In this document: in pieces, positions 30,892 to 41,417 of the stretch
Layout of the letters: the number at the start of each line of letters is the position of its first letter
How positions within the stretch are numbered: position 1 is the first letter of the stretch
Source of the DNA: an uncultured Clostridia bacterium
GTDB taxonomy: Bacteria; Bacillota; Clostridia; Christensenellales; UBA3700
Direction: 5' to 3'
Length of the DNA: 64,000 nucleotides
Assembly: GCA_948471525.1 (NCBI GenBank)
Contig: CAOKSY010000001.1
Span: 243,465 to 307,464, forward strand
Translations under genes and position numbers: made by a program
The notes under the pieces: generated by a model
The model's database searches: none
Told to the model about the DNA's origin: nothing
Seen by the model: only the letters and a program-made list of their open reading frames with translations

Positions 30892-32238
30892 ATGGAAGAA
30901 TGTAAGAAATTGTGGAATATTTTGTTGTCGGAAATATCCAATAGGATTTCAACGGTAAACTACGATATGTGGTTCAGTTCGTTGGAACCTTTGACCGTAT
31001 CTTATAACAAACTTATTATTGTTGCAAAACTCAAATCGGTCAAAAACGTAATAAACAAAGAATTCAGAAATATAGTCTGCGACGAAATAAAAAAACTCAA
31101 TTCTTATATCGACGACTTTATTATCATCACTCCCGACGAGATTTCGGTATATGAAAATCAAATCAAAGAGGAAGTAAAATTGCCCGATCCGGTAGAAAAT
31201 ACCGCCTTGTTCGACAATAATTTTACTTTCGATAAATTCGTCGTCGGTCAAAGCAACCAGATAGTGTACGTTGCCGCAAAAGCCGTAGCAAATCAACCGG
31301 GCACTCTACACAATCCCCTCTTTATTTACGGAGGCGTAGGATTGGGAAAGACCCATATAATGCACGCTATAGGAAACGAGATACTCAAAACTAATAAAAA
31401 GTCAAAGATCCTTTACTGCACTACCGAGCAATTCGTAAACGACTTTATCGACAGTATAAGAAACAATAAAGACAACGAACAAAATAAGAGATTTAGAGAA
31501 AAATACAGAAACGTTGATATCCTAATATTAGACGATATACAGTTTCTTGCGGGAAAGACAGGTACTCAGGAAGCGCTTTTCCATACTTTCAACGATCTCT
31601 ATCAAAGAAAAAAACAGATCATACTTTCTTCGGACAGGCATCCTAAAGAACTTACCTTTTTGGAAGAAAGACTTCAATCGAGATTTGCAAGCGGTCTGAC
31701 GGTAGATATATCCGCTCCCGACCTAGAGACGAGAATAGCTATACTTCAAAAGAAAGCGTTTTATAAAAACGTAAATCTGCCGATAGAAGTAGTATATTTT
31801 ATTGCGGAAAAATTCGACAGTAATATAAGAGAACTCGAAGGAGCGCTTCAAAAGGTAATATTCTACTGTCAGCTTCTGGGCAAAGAACCTGATAATATAG
31901 ATATCATAAAAGAAGCTTTGAAGGACGATATAGACGTGACTACGCATATACTCTCCCTCGACACTATAGTGGAAGCGACCTGTTCTTATTACAACATAAA
32001 AAAAGAAGAAGTCATAGGAAAGAAAAAACTTAAACCTATAGTGACGGCTAGACAGATAGCAATATATCTTATAAACGATATGCTCGGAGTTCCGCTGGCT
32101 ACTATAGGAAGTTATTTCGGCGGAAGAGATCATACTACTATCATCTACGCTAGAGATAAGATTGAAGAATTGATCAAGACAGACAATCTGACTGCCAATC
32201 AGATAAAAGATATAAAAAACATGATACAAAAGAGATAA
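30892..32238 (+). CDS. dnaA: Chromosomal replication initiator DnaA
   Basis: Start at ATG 30892 (448 aa). GGVGLGKTH, ILILDDIQF, C-terminal DNA-binding region RQIAIYLINDML...GGRDHTTIIYA. Confidence 0.95.
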   Translation: MEECKKLWNILLSEISNRISTVNYDMWFSSLEPLTVSYNKLIIVAKLKSVKNVINKEFRNIVCDEIKKLNSYIDDFIIITPDEISVYENQIKEEVKLPDPVENTALFDNNFTFDKFVVGQSNQIVYVAAKAVANQPGTLHNPLFIYGGVGLGKTHIMHAIGNEILKTNKKSKILYCTTEQFVNDFIDSIRNNKDNEQNKRFREKYRNVDILILDDIQFLAGKTGTQEALFHTFNDLYQRKKQIILSSDRHPKELTFLEERLQSRFASGLTVDISAPDLETRIAILQKKAFYKNVNLPIEVVYFIAEKFDSNIRELEGALQKVIFYCQLLGKEPDNIDIIKEALKDDIDVTTHILSLDTIVEATCSYYNIKKEEVIGKKKLKPIVTARQIAIYLINDMLGVPLATIGSYFGGRDHTTIIYARDKIEELIKTDNLTANQIKDIKNMIQKR

Positions 32239-32313
32239 TACAATATTTTTAAGTCCAATGATTATATAAAAATAAAAACCGTCGGACATAAAATTACACT
32301 GTATATTTCTCTT

Positions 32314-32423
32314 TGTGGAAAGTGTGGATAACTAAATAATCTTATCAACATATTTTGGTATATAAATGTTGATGTTTTTTTAGAATATGGGTCGATTAAA
32401 GACACTTATCAACACTATCAACA
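32314..32423. promoter_or_regulatory. DnaA-box cluster in the dnaA-dnaN spacer (oriC-like)
   Basis: Perfect TGTGGATAA at 32323-32331. TTATCAACA (1 mismatch) at 32342 and 32406. Weaker boxes at 32314 and 32415. Confidence 0.65.
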
Positions 32424-32437
32424 CAGTTATTATGGTG

Positions 32438-32478
32438 ATTATTATCTAATCAATATAAAATAAATAATATATTATAAG
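32438..32478. promoter_or_regulatory. A+T-rich tract, candidate DNA-unwinding element
   Basis: attattatctaatcaatataaaataaataatatattataag lies directly after the box cluster, as in the Bacillus dnaA-dnaN origin half. Confidence 0.45.
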
Positions 32479-32497
32479 CATCAAGAGGTGAACAAGT

Positions 32498-33604
32498 ATG
32501 AAATTTGTATGTAACGGAACCGATCTGTCGGACGCTTTGTCAAAAGTAATGAAGGCATTGCCGTCCAAGAAAAGTATGCCTATTTTGGAAGGAATAAAGT
32601 TTAGCGCTTTCGGAGATACACTTACTATAATGGCTACCGATATAGATTTTGTGGTTATTATGAAAATCAAAGCGGATATTATAATGGAAGGAGAAGTATT
32701 AGTCCCCGGAAGAACTATATGCGAATATATAAGAAAAATAAGCAAGGAAAACTATATAGAGTTTGATTCTCAAGTAGAAAACGATAAACTCTATATATCT
32801 CACTGCGACAGCTTTATTTATCTTGCTACGATGAATATCAGCGAATACCCCGCTATAGAAGAACTTGAATACGATATGGTAATGAATATCAAACAGAAAG
32901 ATTTCAAAGATCTCGTAAACAAAACGATATTCGCTACTTCTACCGAAGATATAAGACAGCAGCTCAGAGGTTGTCTCTTCTCCGTCAATAAAAATAAAGT
33001 AAGAACGGTAGGTCTCGACGGCTATAGACTTGCTATTTGCAATAAAGAATTGAAAGAAGAATATCCTGTAAAAGATATTATAGTTCCTGCAAAGAGCTTG
33101 AGCGAAATTGCTAAACTTTTTGAAAACGAAGACGACGAACTCAAGGTAAGCATAAACGATAAAAAGATGATGGTAGAGTTTGACAACAGCAAGATCATTA
33201 CGTCTCTTATTGCAGGTCAGTATATTAGATATGAATCTACTATACCTACCAACTTCGAGACTGAAGTGACTGTAGACAGAGCTAGCCTCGAATACAGTAT
33301 GGATAAGGTAGACGTAATTGCAAAGCAGGATAAAAACAACTATATAAAAATGGACATAAAAGAAGGAAAAATGACCATCTACTGCAATACGAGCTACAGC
33401 AATATAAAGGAAGTTATAAATACTTTTACGAAGGGTAAAGACGTTACGGTAAGTCTCAATGCAAAATATCTCACCGACTGTATCAAAAACAGCCACGACG
33501 AATATCTTTCAATAAAGATATCCAACAGCAATAATCCTATAGTTATTACTCCGATAGAAAGCGAAGAATATCTCTATCTCATACTTCCTATAAGAACGAG
33601 ATAA
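32498..33604 (+). CDS. dnaN: DNA polymerase III beta sliding clamp
   Basis: 368 aa, canonical length and N-terminus MKFVCNGTDLSDALSKV, immediately downstream of dnaA. Confidence 0.95.
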   Translation: MKFVCNGTDLSDALSKVMKALPSKKSMPILEGIKFSAFGDTLTIMATDIDFVVIMKIKADIIMEGEVLVPGRTICEYIRKISKENYIEFDSQVENDKLYISHCDSFIYLATMNISEYPAIEELEYDMVMNIKQKDFKDLVNKTIFATSTEDIRQQLRGCLFSVNKNKVRTVGLDGYRLAICNKELKEEYPVKDIIVPAKSLSEIAKLFENEDDELKVSINDKKMMVEFDNSKIITSLIAGQYIRYESTIPTNFETEVTVDRASLEYSMDKVDVIAKQDKNNYIKMDIKEGKMTIYCNTSYSNIKEVINTFTKGKDVTVSLNAKYLTDCIKNSHDEYLSIKISNSNNPIVITPIESEEYLYLILPIRTR

Positions 33605-33624
33605 TTAAAACAGATAAGTGAAAT

Positions 33625-33655
33625 AAAAAAGATCCTTTTCAAAGGATCTTTTTTA
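33625..33655. terminator. Bidirectional terminator (dnaN / parB convergent)
   Basis: AAAAGATCCTTT-tc-AAAGGATCTTTT. Confidence 0.65.
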
Positions 33656-33672
33656 ATGTTTATATTTTTATT

Positions 33673-34536
33673 TTAAAGTTTATTGATAAGATCGAATATT
33701 CTGTCGAGATCAGCCATTGAATAATAGTCGATATATATTCTGCCCTTGTTGTTATTGCCTACGGCGTTTACTTTTGTGCCGAACTTTTTCTGCATAACGT
33801 TGGCAAGATCTTTTAATTCAACGGAAATTTCTTGAACTTTTTGCTGTTTTTTGTTGGGATTGAGATAATTTCTCACCATAAGTTCCAACTGTCTTACGCT
33901 GAGTTGTTTGTCGCATGCGGCGATAGCATAAGTATTCTGAACTATATAGTCCTTTATAGATGAAAGACATCTTGCGTGACCAGCGGATAATCTTCCGTTG
34001 ATGACCATATCTATTACTACAGGATTGAGATTGAGAAGTCTAAGAGAATTAGCAATAACAGGTCTTGATTTACCAAGTCTGTCGGCAAGCTGCTCCTGAG
34101 TAAAATCGTATTCGTCTATAAGCGCTTTATAAGCCTGCGCTTCTTCTATAGGATTGAGATCCTGTCTCTGAAGATTTTCTATGAGAGATATCTCTTTTAT
34201 TTGTTTTCTTGTAAGTTCTTTTACTATAGCGGGAATAGTTGTGTTTCCTGCTATTTTATTTGCTCTGAATCTTCTTTCGCCCGCTACTATCTCATAATTG
34301 CCGTCTTCTGTCGGACTTACTATGATAGGTTGGATAACTCCGTAATTTTTAATTGATACGGAAAGTTCTTCCAAAAGGTTCTGATCGAATTTTTTTCTCG
34401 GTTGATTGGGATTTGTAACAATTTTGTTTATTGACAAAATTTCTACGCCTGCGTTTAGATTTCCGTTTTTGTCAAATGACGTGATATTGGAATCTATATT
34501 AAGCATTCTTTCGATAGTCGAATTTTCTTTTGTCAT
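33673..34536 (-). CDS. parB: ParB/Spo0J-family partition protein (Noc-type paralog not excluded)
   Basis: 287 aa. ParB box AGERRFRA and HTH TQEQLADRLGKSRPVIANSLRLL. Confidence 0.88.
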   Translation of the reverse strand: MTKENSTIERMLNIDSNITSFDKNGNLNAGVEILSINKIVTNPNQPRKKFDQNLLEELSVSIKNYGVIQPIIVSPTEDGNYEIVAGERRFRANKIAGNTTIPAIVKELTRKQIKEISLIENLQRQDLNPIEEAQAYKALIDEYDFTQEQLADRLGKSRPVIANSLRLLNLNPVVIDMVINGRLSAGHARCLSSIKDYIVQNTYAIAACDKQLSVRQLELMVRNYLNPNKKQQKVQEISVELKDLANVMQKKFGTKVNAVGNNNKGRIYIDYYSMADLDRIFDLINKL

Positions 34537-34663
34537 AGGTATGCCTCCACTCTAAGCAGTTATGATAACATCAACCGTAAGCCGTATTAGACGGGCTGAT
34601 AAAACTGAACAGCGTTATCTTCTATATTATATCAAATAAAATCTCTATATGCAAGTGAAAATA

Positions 34664-35371
34664 TTATCCGACAATAGGTTGAAGTCGAGGTTTATTTCCG
34701 CCTCTCGGGTATTTGTCGGAACAATTTTCTATCTTTTTTATACAAATAAGATATCTTTTTTCGTCATTTGACAAAATATATTCTCTTACGTAGTCTATCT
34801 TTGAATTTAAGAGGCAAATAATTTTTTTTGATATATCCAATTCTTCTTTATAATTTATTCCTTTATAAGCAATCAATACCCCGTTTTTTCTCAATAAAGG
34901 AAGAGTATATTCCGCCAAAGTAGGCATTTGAGCGACGGCTCGCGCTATGCAGCAATCGAATTTTTGAAAGTTGGATCTAGAAAAATCCTCTATTCTCGAA
35001 TGATAAGCAGTGACGTTTTTGATACAAAGATTTTTGATTATTTCTTCTATAAAAGTTATCTTTTTATTTACGCTGTCAATGAGAGTAAAATTTATATCGG
35101 GATTAACTATTGCCAGCGGTATACTTGGAAATCCGGCTCCGCATCCTATGTCGCATATAGATGAATAATTTTGTATATCGACGTTTGCCGACAGACTGTC
35201 TATAAAATGTTTTATCTGTATATCTTCTATATCGGTAATAGAAGTAAGATTGAATTTATTGTTCCATTCCAAGAGAATATCGCAATAAATTTCAAATTTA
35301 TTTATTAATTCGGGTATGTTTTCGTATTTATTGTCTATTAGATATTTTTCCAGTAAATTTAGTCTTGTCAT
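34664..35371 (-). CDS. rsmG: 16S rRNA (guanine527-N7)-methyltransferase RsmG
   Basis: 235 aa. SAM motif DIGCGAGFPSIPLAI. 1-nt gap after mnmG. Confidence 0.9.
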   Translation of the reverse strand: MTRLNLLEKYLIDNKYENIPELINKFEIYCDILLEWNNKFNLTSITDIEDIQIKHFIDSLSANVDIQNYSSICDIGCGAGFPSIPLAIVNPDINFTLIDSVNKKITFIEEIIKNLCIKNVTAYHSRIEDFSRSNFQKFDCCIARAVAQMPTLAEYTLPLLRKNGVLIAYKGINYKEELDISKKIICLLNSKIDYVREYILSNDEKRYLICIKKIENCSDKYPRGGNKPRLQPIVG

Positions 35372-35372
35372 A

Positions 35373-37244
35373 TCAGTTATTTTTGTTTTTAGAAAGATAT
35401 ACGAGAAGTACCGTTATATCCGCAGGAGATACTCCGCTTATTCTCGACGCCTGTCCGAGATTAGAAGGTCTGATCTTATCGAGTTTTTGTCTCGCTTCTA
35501 TTCTAAGACCTTTTATAAGAGAATAATCTAAATATTGAGGTAAAGACTTGGATTCCAATTTATCTACGTCGGCAATGATATTTTTTTGCTTTGACAGATA
35601 ACCTTCGTATTTTATTTCTACCGCTACTTCTTCAAAACATCTTCTGTCGAGATTTGAAAGCTCATCAAAATTATCCATCAAGAGATCGTAAGTGATTGCA
35701 GAACGCTTTAACATATCTCTATAAGAGAGACCGTTGTGAGGGATAGGTTCGCCTAATTTTTCAAAGAAATCTTTAAAATCTTTAGGAGATATAATCTTTT
35801 CAAGAGTCTTTTTTATCAAAGACGATTTGTTTTCTTTTTCGCAGAATTTATTCCATCTCGTATCGTCTACAAGTCCTATCTCTCTTCCCGACGGCGTGAG
35901 TCTTCTGTCGGCGTTTTCCTGTCTTAAAATAAGTCTGTGCTCCGCTCTTGCGGTCATCATTCTATAAGGTTCGTTGGTGCCTTTCGTCACCAGATCGTCG
36001 ATCAGAACTCCTATATAAGAGCTGTCTCTTTTGAGAATAAAAGGTTGTTTGTTTTGTATATACAAAGAAGCGTTGATTCCTGCGACTAGACCTTGCGCCG
36101 CCGCTTCTTCGTATCCGCTGCTGCCGTTGAGCTGTCCTGCCAAAAACAAACCCTCAATATTTTTTACCATAAGATAAGGAGTAAGCGCGAGAGAATCTAT
36201 ACAGTCGTATTCTATAGCGTAAGCGAATCTGAGTATTTTGACTTTTTCGAGACCTATAACGGATCTGTACATCTCAAGCTGAACGTCAAACGGCAGAGAC
36301 GAACTCATACCCTGTACGTACATCTCGTTGGTAAGACTGCTTTCAGGTTCGATAAATATTTGATGACGTTCTTTGTCAGCAAATCTCATTACTTTATCTT
36401 CGATAGAAGGACAGTATCTCGGACCAATGCTGTGTATAGATCCGTTATATAGAGGCGAACGGTCAATATTTGACGTAATTATATCCTTTGTCTTTTGAGT
36501 AGTGTAAGTGAGATAACATACGTCTTTGTTGGGCACGAATCCTTCCGTCATGAAAGAAAACGGATATATATCGTCGTCGCCTTTCTGTACTTGCATTACG
36601 TCGAAATTTATAGAATTTTTGTCTACTCTGGCAGGCGTGCCCGTCTTAAATCTTCTTGTTGGAATTCCGAGAGATATTAGACTGTCGGTGAGCTTTGTAG
36701 CGCGGGAAAAACCGTTGGGACCCGTATGCGTAACGTTGTCGCCGATAATTATATTTGCATTGAGATAAACGCCGGTGCATACCACTATAGCGTCGCAGAA
36801 AAATTCCTGTCCGAGAGTAGTTTTTATACCTATTACTTTATCGTTTTGAGTGAGTATATCGGAGACTTCGCCTTGCAATATATCGAGGTTTTCTTGTGTC
36901 TCCATAACGTTCTTCATATAATGATGATACATGGTCTTATCGGCTTGACCTCTCAACGACTGCACTGCCGCGCCTTTACCCATATTAAGCATACGTATCT
37001 GAAGAAGATTGTTGTCGGCGGAAATACCCATCTGTCCGCCCAAAGCGTCGATTTCTCTCACTAAATGACCTTTTGCCGTTCCGCCTATAGCGGGATTACA
37101 AGCCATAAAAGCTATTGCGTCCAAAGAAAGAGTTACCGCCAAAGTCTTGTGTCCAAGACGCGCCAAAGCAAGGCTTGCTTCAACTCCCGCGTGTCCGCAA
37201 CCTATCACTATCGCGTCGTAATTTTTCTGGTAACTGTCGAGCAT
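35373..37244 (-). CDS. mnmG: tRNA uridine 5-carboxymethylaminomethyl modification enzyme MnmG
   Basis: 623 aa. FAD motif VIGCGHAGVEA, full-length GidA architecture. Confidence 0.95.
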   Translation of the reverse strand: MLDSYQKNYDAIVIGCGHAGVEASLALARLGHKTLAVTLSLDAIAFMACNPAIGGTAKGHLVREIDALGGQMGISADNNLLQIRMLNMGKGAAVQSLRGQADKTMYHHYMKNVMETQENLDILQGEVSDILTQNDKVIGIKTTLGQEFFCDAIVVCTGVYLNANIIIGDNVTHTGPNGFSRATKLTDSLISLGIPTRRFKTGTPARVDKNSINFDVMQVQKGDDDIYPFSFMTEGFVPNKDVCYLTYTTQKTKDIITSNIDRSPLYNGSIHSIGPRYCPSIEDKVMRFADKERHQIFIEPESSLTNEMYVQGMSSSLPFDVQLEMYRSVIGLEKVKILRFAYAIEYDCIDSLALTPYLMVKNIEGLFLAGQLNGSSGYEEAAAQGLVAGINASLYIQNKQPFILKRDSSYIGVLIDDLVTKGTNEPYRMMTARAEHRLILRQENADRRLTPSGREIGLVDDTRWNKFCEKENKSSLIKKTLEKIISPKDFKDFFEKLGEPIPHNGLSYRDMLKRSAITYDLLMDNFDELSNLDRRCFEEVAVEIKYEGYLSKQKNIIADVDKLESKSLPQYLDYSLIKGLRIEARQKLDKIRPSNLGQASRISGVSPADITVLLVYLSKNKNN

Positions 37245-37361
37245 ATTTTATTACCTCTTTCTTGGAAAAAACAATCGAAAAGATCGCTGATTTCTGTGTT
37301 TTATTATATCATAACAACCGTTGTATTTGCAAATATTACGCGCTTGTGATATAATATTATT

Positions 37362-38690
37362 ATGAATACCGTAGCAACTATTTCTACCCCGATAGGTCGC
37401 GGAGCGATAGCTATAGTGAGAATGAGCGGAGACAACGCGTTAAGTATTGCGGCAAGTTTGTTTGAATGTAAAAAACTTGCCTCTTTTTGCGACGCTGTTC
37501 CCAACTATATGTATTATGGAAGCATTACTGCGGGTAAGGTCAAGGATAACGTGCTTGCCGTCTATTTTAAAGCGCCTCACTCATATACGGGAGAAGATGT
37601 GGTAGAGTTTCAGTGTCACGGCGGAATTAGACTTGTCGACGAAATTCTTAAGGGCTGTATCGAAAACGGAGCGGCTGTCGCCGATAAGGGAGAATTCACC
37701 AAGAGAGCTTTTCTCAACGGCAAGATAGCGCTGAGCGACGCTGAAGGAATAATCGATATGATAAACGGCGAGAGCATAGCCTCGCTCAATGCCGGATACA
37801 GACTTTCCAAAGGATATATAGCGCAAGAGATAAGCGCTATTCAAGAGAAATTACTCGATTGTATTTCAGAACTCGAGGCAAGCCTCGACTATCCCGAAGA
37901 AATGGAAGAAGAGGCAAAACAGAATTCTCAAAAGACTGTAAAAGAAGAGATACGCGCTTTAGAAAAATTATATTCGTCTTCCCGATCGGGCGGATATATC
38001 CGTCAGGGAATAAGCGTGGCGATAGTAGGACAAGCCAACGTCGGCAAGTCTTCTCTGCTCAACGCGTTTTTAGGAAGAGACAGAGCTATAGTCACAGATA
38101 TTGCTGGCACTACCAGAGACAGTCTCGAAGAGTATACGGAAGTCGACGGAATAATGCTAAAACTGATAGATACCGCGGGAATAAGAGATACGGACGACGT
38201 CGTGGAATCTATCGGCGTAGAAAGAAGTATAGAAGCCGCCAAAGGCAGCGATATAGTGCTGTTTGTCACAGAGGCCGGAAGAGAACTCAACGACTACGAA
38301 AGATCGCTTATATCGCAATTTGACAAAGACAGTAAATTGATGCTTGTGATAAACAAGTGCGATAAGGCGGACGACAGTAGAGACGGCGCGCATATAAGTG
38401 CCAAAAACGGCAAAGGAGTGACGCAGTTAAAAAAATCTATAGTCGACGCATTTATTGATAAAAATATCGACGCAAACGGCGATATAATCACAAACGTAAG
38501 ACACGCACAAGCGATAAAAATGTCTCTCGACGCTTTGAAAAACGCTTTTATGAATATAGACGATATGCCCACCGAATGCACGTTGATCGATTTGAGAGAA
38601 GCATATTTTGCGCTCGGAGAGATCACCGGAAATACCGCAAGCGAAGATATTATCGATACTATATTTTCAAAATTCTGTCTCGGCAAATAA
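37362..38690 (+). CDS. mnmE: tRNA modification GTPase MnmE
   Basis: 442 aa. GQANVGKSSLLNA, DTAGIR, NKCD, C-terminal CLGK. Confidence 0.95.
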   Translation: MNTVATISTPIGRGAIAIVRMSGDNALSIAASLFECKKLASFCDAVPNYMYYGSITAGKVKDNVLAVYFKAPHSYTGEDVVEFQCHGGIRLVDEILKGCIENGAAVADKGEFTKRAFLNGKIALSDAEGIIDMINGESIASLNAGYRLSKGYIAQEISAIQEKLLDCISELEASLDYPEEMEEEAKQNSQKTVKEEIRALEKLYSSSRSGGYIRQGISVAIVGQANVGKSSLLNAFLGRDRAIVTDIAGTTRDSLEEYTEVDGIMLKLIDTAGIRDTDDVVESIGVERSIEAAKGSDIVLFVTEAGRELNDYERSLISQFDKDSKLMLVINKCDKADDSRDGAHISAKNGKGVTQLKKSIVDAFIDKNIDANGDIITNVRHAQAIKMSLDALKNAFMNIDDMPTECTLIDLREAYFALGEITGNTASEDIIDTIFSKFCLGK

Positions 38691-38749
38691 TAATTTATAT
38701 AATATCAATTTAAAATTATTTGTCTTTTTTCAATTAATGAGGAAATTAT

Positions 38750-38893
38750 ATGAAAAATTATGAACTGGTACCCTATTGCGACAGCGATCACGACAGTTAT
38801 ATAAAAAGTCAGTTGGAGGCTTTTACAAAATATATAAGTGAGTTTTTCGGCAAGTGCGACGTATCGATAATGGAAGGTCATTTGAAGATATGA
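38750..38893 (+). pseudogene. 47-aa ORF with RBS, possibly a remnant of a longer gene
   Basis: GAGGAAATTATATG. The product MKNYELVPYCDSDHDSYIKSQLEAFTKYISEFFGKCDVSIMEGHLKI resembles the start of an acetyltransferase-type protein and stops early. Not in the ORF track. Confidence 0.2.
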
Positions 38894-38935
38894 AAACCTT
38901 ATCTATTCAAAATTACTGTCCGAGACGAATTATTA

Positions 38936-38973
38936 GTATAAAAATGCCGCTCCTTGGTTTCAAACGGAGCGGC
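38936..38973 (-). terminator. Terminator of the rpmH...jag transcription unit
   Basis: GCCGCTCC...GGAGCGGC stem, followed on the minus strand by ATTTTTATA. Confidence 0.55.
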
Positions 38974-39058
38974 GTAATATTTGAGTATTAAGAACTTTAG
39001 AAAACAAACTGAGTTTTTTACTTTAAAAGTATTTTAGTATGAATTCTTACTCTGCAGA

Positions 39059-39844
39059 TTAAAAGAACTTTTTCATATCGCCGCCGTAAGATTTCATTCT
39101 GGTTACGCCGGTCTTATTAAAGTTGCGGGGTTCTTTTTCCTGAGCCTGTTGATTTGACGGAGCCGATTGCTTTGGTCTTGCAGGACGGTCTCCGCCGCGT
39201 CTTTCTCTGCCTTCATTATTGCGGTCTCTTTTATCGAAAGAAGGCTTTTTTGGAGCGATAACGACGTATCTGTTGGGTTCTTCTCCGTGGCTTTCCGTTG
39301 TGACGAATCTGTCGTCGTGAAGAGCGGAGTGGATAATTCTTCTTTCAAAAGGATTCATAGGCTCCAGAGATTCCGCCTTGCGGTTTTTAGCTACTCTGAA
39401 TGCGATCTTTTTAGCGAGTTTTGAAAGCGTGGCAATACGTTTTGCGCGATAGTTTTCTCCGTCGATTACAAGTCTCTTGCCCATAGGGTTGTCCTTATTT
39501 ACGACCAAGAGAGAAAGGTACTGCAAAGAGTCGAGTACGTCTCCTCTGTATCCGATAAGCACGCCCGTATCGTCTCCCGAAAGAGATATGTAGAATGCGT
39601 CTTCCTTTTCCTCTACCGTTGCCTCGCACTTGATGCCCATTCTCTGTATTATACCGTTGATAAAGTCGTTTACAAGAGTTGCGCCGCTTACCTTTTGCGT
39701 TACTTTTACAGTGACTTTTTTGCGGATAAGCCCCGTCTCTTTGATCTTTTCCGCTTCTACCTGACTTTCGTCAAGTCCCAGTTCTTCCAAAGCCTGCTTA
39801 AGCGCTTCGGCATAACTGTTTGCAGTAATTTCTATACTTTTCAT
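39059..39844 (-). CDS. jag: Jag/KhpB RNA-binding protein (Jag_N, KH, R3H)
   Basis: 261 aa. R3H region ERRIIHSAL, basic Arg/Gly-rich tail, located downstream of yidC. Confidence 0.85.
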   Translation of the reverse strand: MKSIEITANSYAEALKQALEELGLDESQVEAEKIKETGLIRKKVTVKVTQKVSGATLVNDFINGIIQRMGIKCEATVEEKEDAFYISLSGDDTGVLIGYRGDVLDSLQYLSLLVVNKDNPMGKRLVIDGENYRAKRIATLSKLAKKIAFRVAKNRKAESLEPMNPFERRIIHSALHDDRFVTTESHGEEPNRYVVIAPKKPSFDKRDRNNEGRERRGGDRPARPKQSAPSNQQAQEKEPRNFNKTGVTRMKSYGGDMKKFF

Positions 39845-39896
39845 ATATATCTCCTCAAAGACGCCATCGCGTCCTTTTGTGTAATAATCGATCTTG

Positions 39897-41054
39897 TTAT
39901 TTTTTCTTTTTATCGTTGTTCTTTGCGCCGAAATAAGTCTTCTGTGAAGAAGAGGATACTGTGACGGCTGAGTTGGTTTTTTTCTCGTCGGATTTCTTTG
40001 CGATTATATTGAATATAAGAGTAACTATTGTCATAAACAGATTGCTCATAAAGTAATATATCGCAAATGCCGCGCTGTATACGATCGCGAAAAATCCGAG
40101 TACCAACGGCATAAGATACGTCATTATTTTATTCATCATCTTCTGTTGCTTTTGCTGAGCTTCGTCGCCTGTAGTCATAGGTTGCATAGGCTGAAGTTTC
40201 TGCTGAAGCATAGTAGAGAAAAAGCTTGTCAGTATCGAAAGTATCGGCAAGATGAAATATCCGTTCCAGTTGCCCATATCGAAGAATTTCTTCTTGTTGT
40301 ACGCATTGATGATAGGAGACATCAATTCGTTATAGCACGTGCCGGGCAATTCGGGTATCGTAGCCGCAATTCCGCCGAAGCCCGTAGCCTCGAAGTTCTT
40401 CTGACTGGGAATTACGTTGGCAAACGTGTCTGACATAAATACGTTCTTTACCCACAGCCAGCTTTCGGGCTTGTATCCGTCAACAAGAGCCGCGTTGAGC
40501 TGCTCGACTAAGCCTGCGTTTTCAATCAAATTATACGACGGTATGGAGACAAGTTTTCCCGCTTCGACCACGGTCTGTCCCGCCGCGGCGTTTATAGCGT
40601 CGGCGTTTTCTATAAAGAAATTGACGTACAGCGCGTATTGATTGCTTACTATCTCTTCGTTTTTGGAAATGATATATTCTCTGAAACCTTGGAAGATAAG
40701 AGCGAATATCACCAACGTAAAGATCATCGGCAAACAAGATGCAAACATATTGATATGCGCGGATTTTTGCAGTTCGAACTGCTTTTGACGCAGTATATCC
40801 GGTCTGTTGGCGTACTGTCTTTGCAGTTTTTCCATCTGCGGACGCAACGCGTCCATCTTGGCCTTCTGTTTGCGCATGCTGATCTTTTGCCATATGTCGA
40901 ATGGCGTGAGTAAAAGCCTCAGCAAAAGAGTGAAGACCACTACCGTCCAACCGAAATTGCCGATGCCTTTGTTCATCCAATCCAACAACTTTATAATAGG
41001 TTGCCAGACGGAGCTTACGGCAGCCAGCATATTACTTAAATTCATAATAGCCAT
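39897..41054 (-). CDS. yidC: Membrane protein insertase YidC
   Basis: 385 aa, multi-TM, canonical position after yidD/rnpA, Lys-rich C-terminus. Confidence 0.9.
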   Translation of the reverse strand: MAIMNLSNMLAAVSSVWQPIIKLLDWMNKGIGNFGWTVVVFTLLLRLLLTPFDIWQKISMRKQKAKMDALRPQMEKLQRQYANRPDILRQKQFELQKSAHINMFASCLPMIFTLVIFALIFQGFREYIISKNEEIVSNQYALYVNFFIENADAINAAAGQTVVEAGKLVSIPSYNLIENAGLVEQLNAALVDGYKPESWLWVKNVFMSDTFANVIPSQKNFEATGFGGIAATIPELPGTCYNELMSPIINAYNKKKFFDMGNWNGYFILPILSILTSFFSTMLQQKLQPMQPMTTGDEAQQKQQKMMNKIMTYLMPLVLGFFAIVYSAAFAIYYFMSNLFMTIVTLIFNIIAKKSDEKKTNSAVTVSSSSQKTYFGAKNNDKKKK

Positions 41055-41281
41055 TTTGCGTTTCCTTTAAAATCGTCTTTGACGGGATCGTATCCGCCTT
41101 TTGAAAAGGGATTGCATCTCAATATTCTCGCTATACCCTGCGCCGTGCCGCGAAGCCGTCCGTATTTGGCGATCGCCTGCGACATATACGCGGAACAACT
41201 CGGCGTATATTTGCACCTGTGCGGCAAAACGGGGTTTATAAACCGCTTATAATATCGAATTAATAAATTTCCGCTTTTCAT
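41042..41281 (-). CDS. yidD: Membrane protein insertion efficiency factor YidD
   Basis: Start chosen at ATG 41281 (79 aa). [19 protein letters not shown] motif. Confidence 0.8.
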   Translation of the reverse strand: MKSGNLLIRYYKRFINPVLPHRCKYTPSCSAYMSQAIAKYGRLRGTAQGIARILRCNPFSKGGYDPVKDDFKGNAKWLL

Positions 41282-41417
41282 CTTAATCTTTTTATCTTTT
41301 GACAGTTTAAAATAAGCCGTCAAAGATAATTTCTTGGTCCGATTTAGTCAAGAAAACTTTCGGACCGGGTATTTCTGTAGGCGCAAACGACAAGTTTACG
41401 CGGCTTTTTTATAAAAA

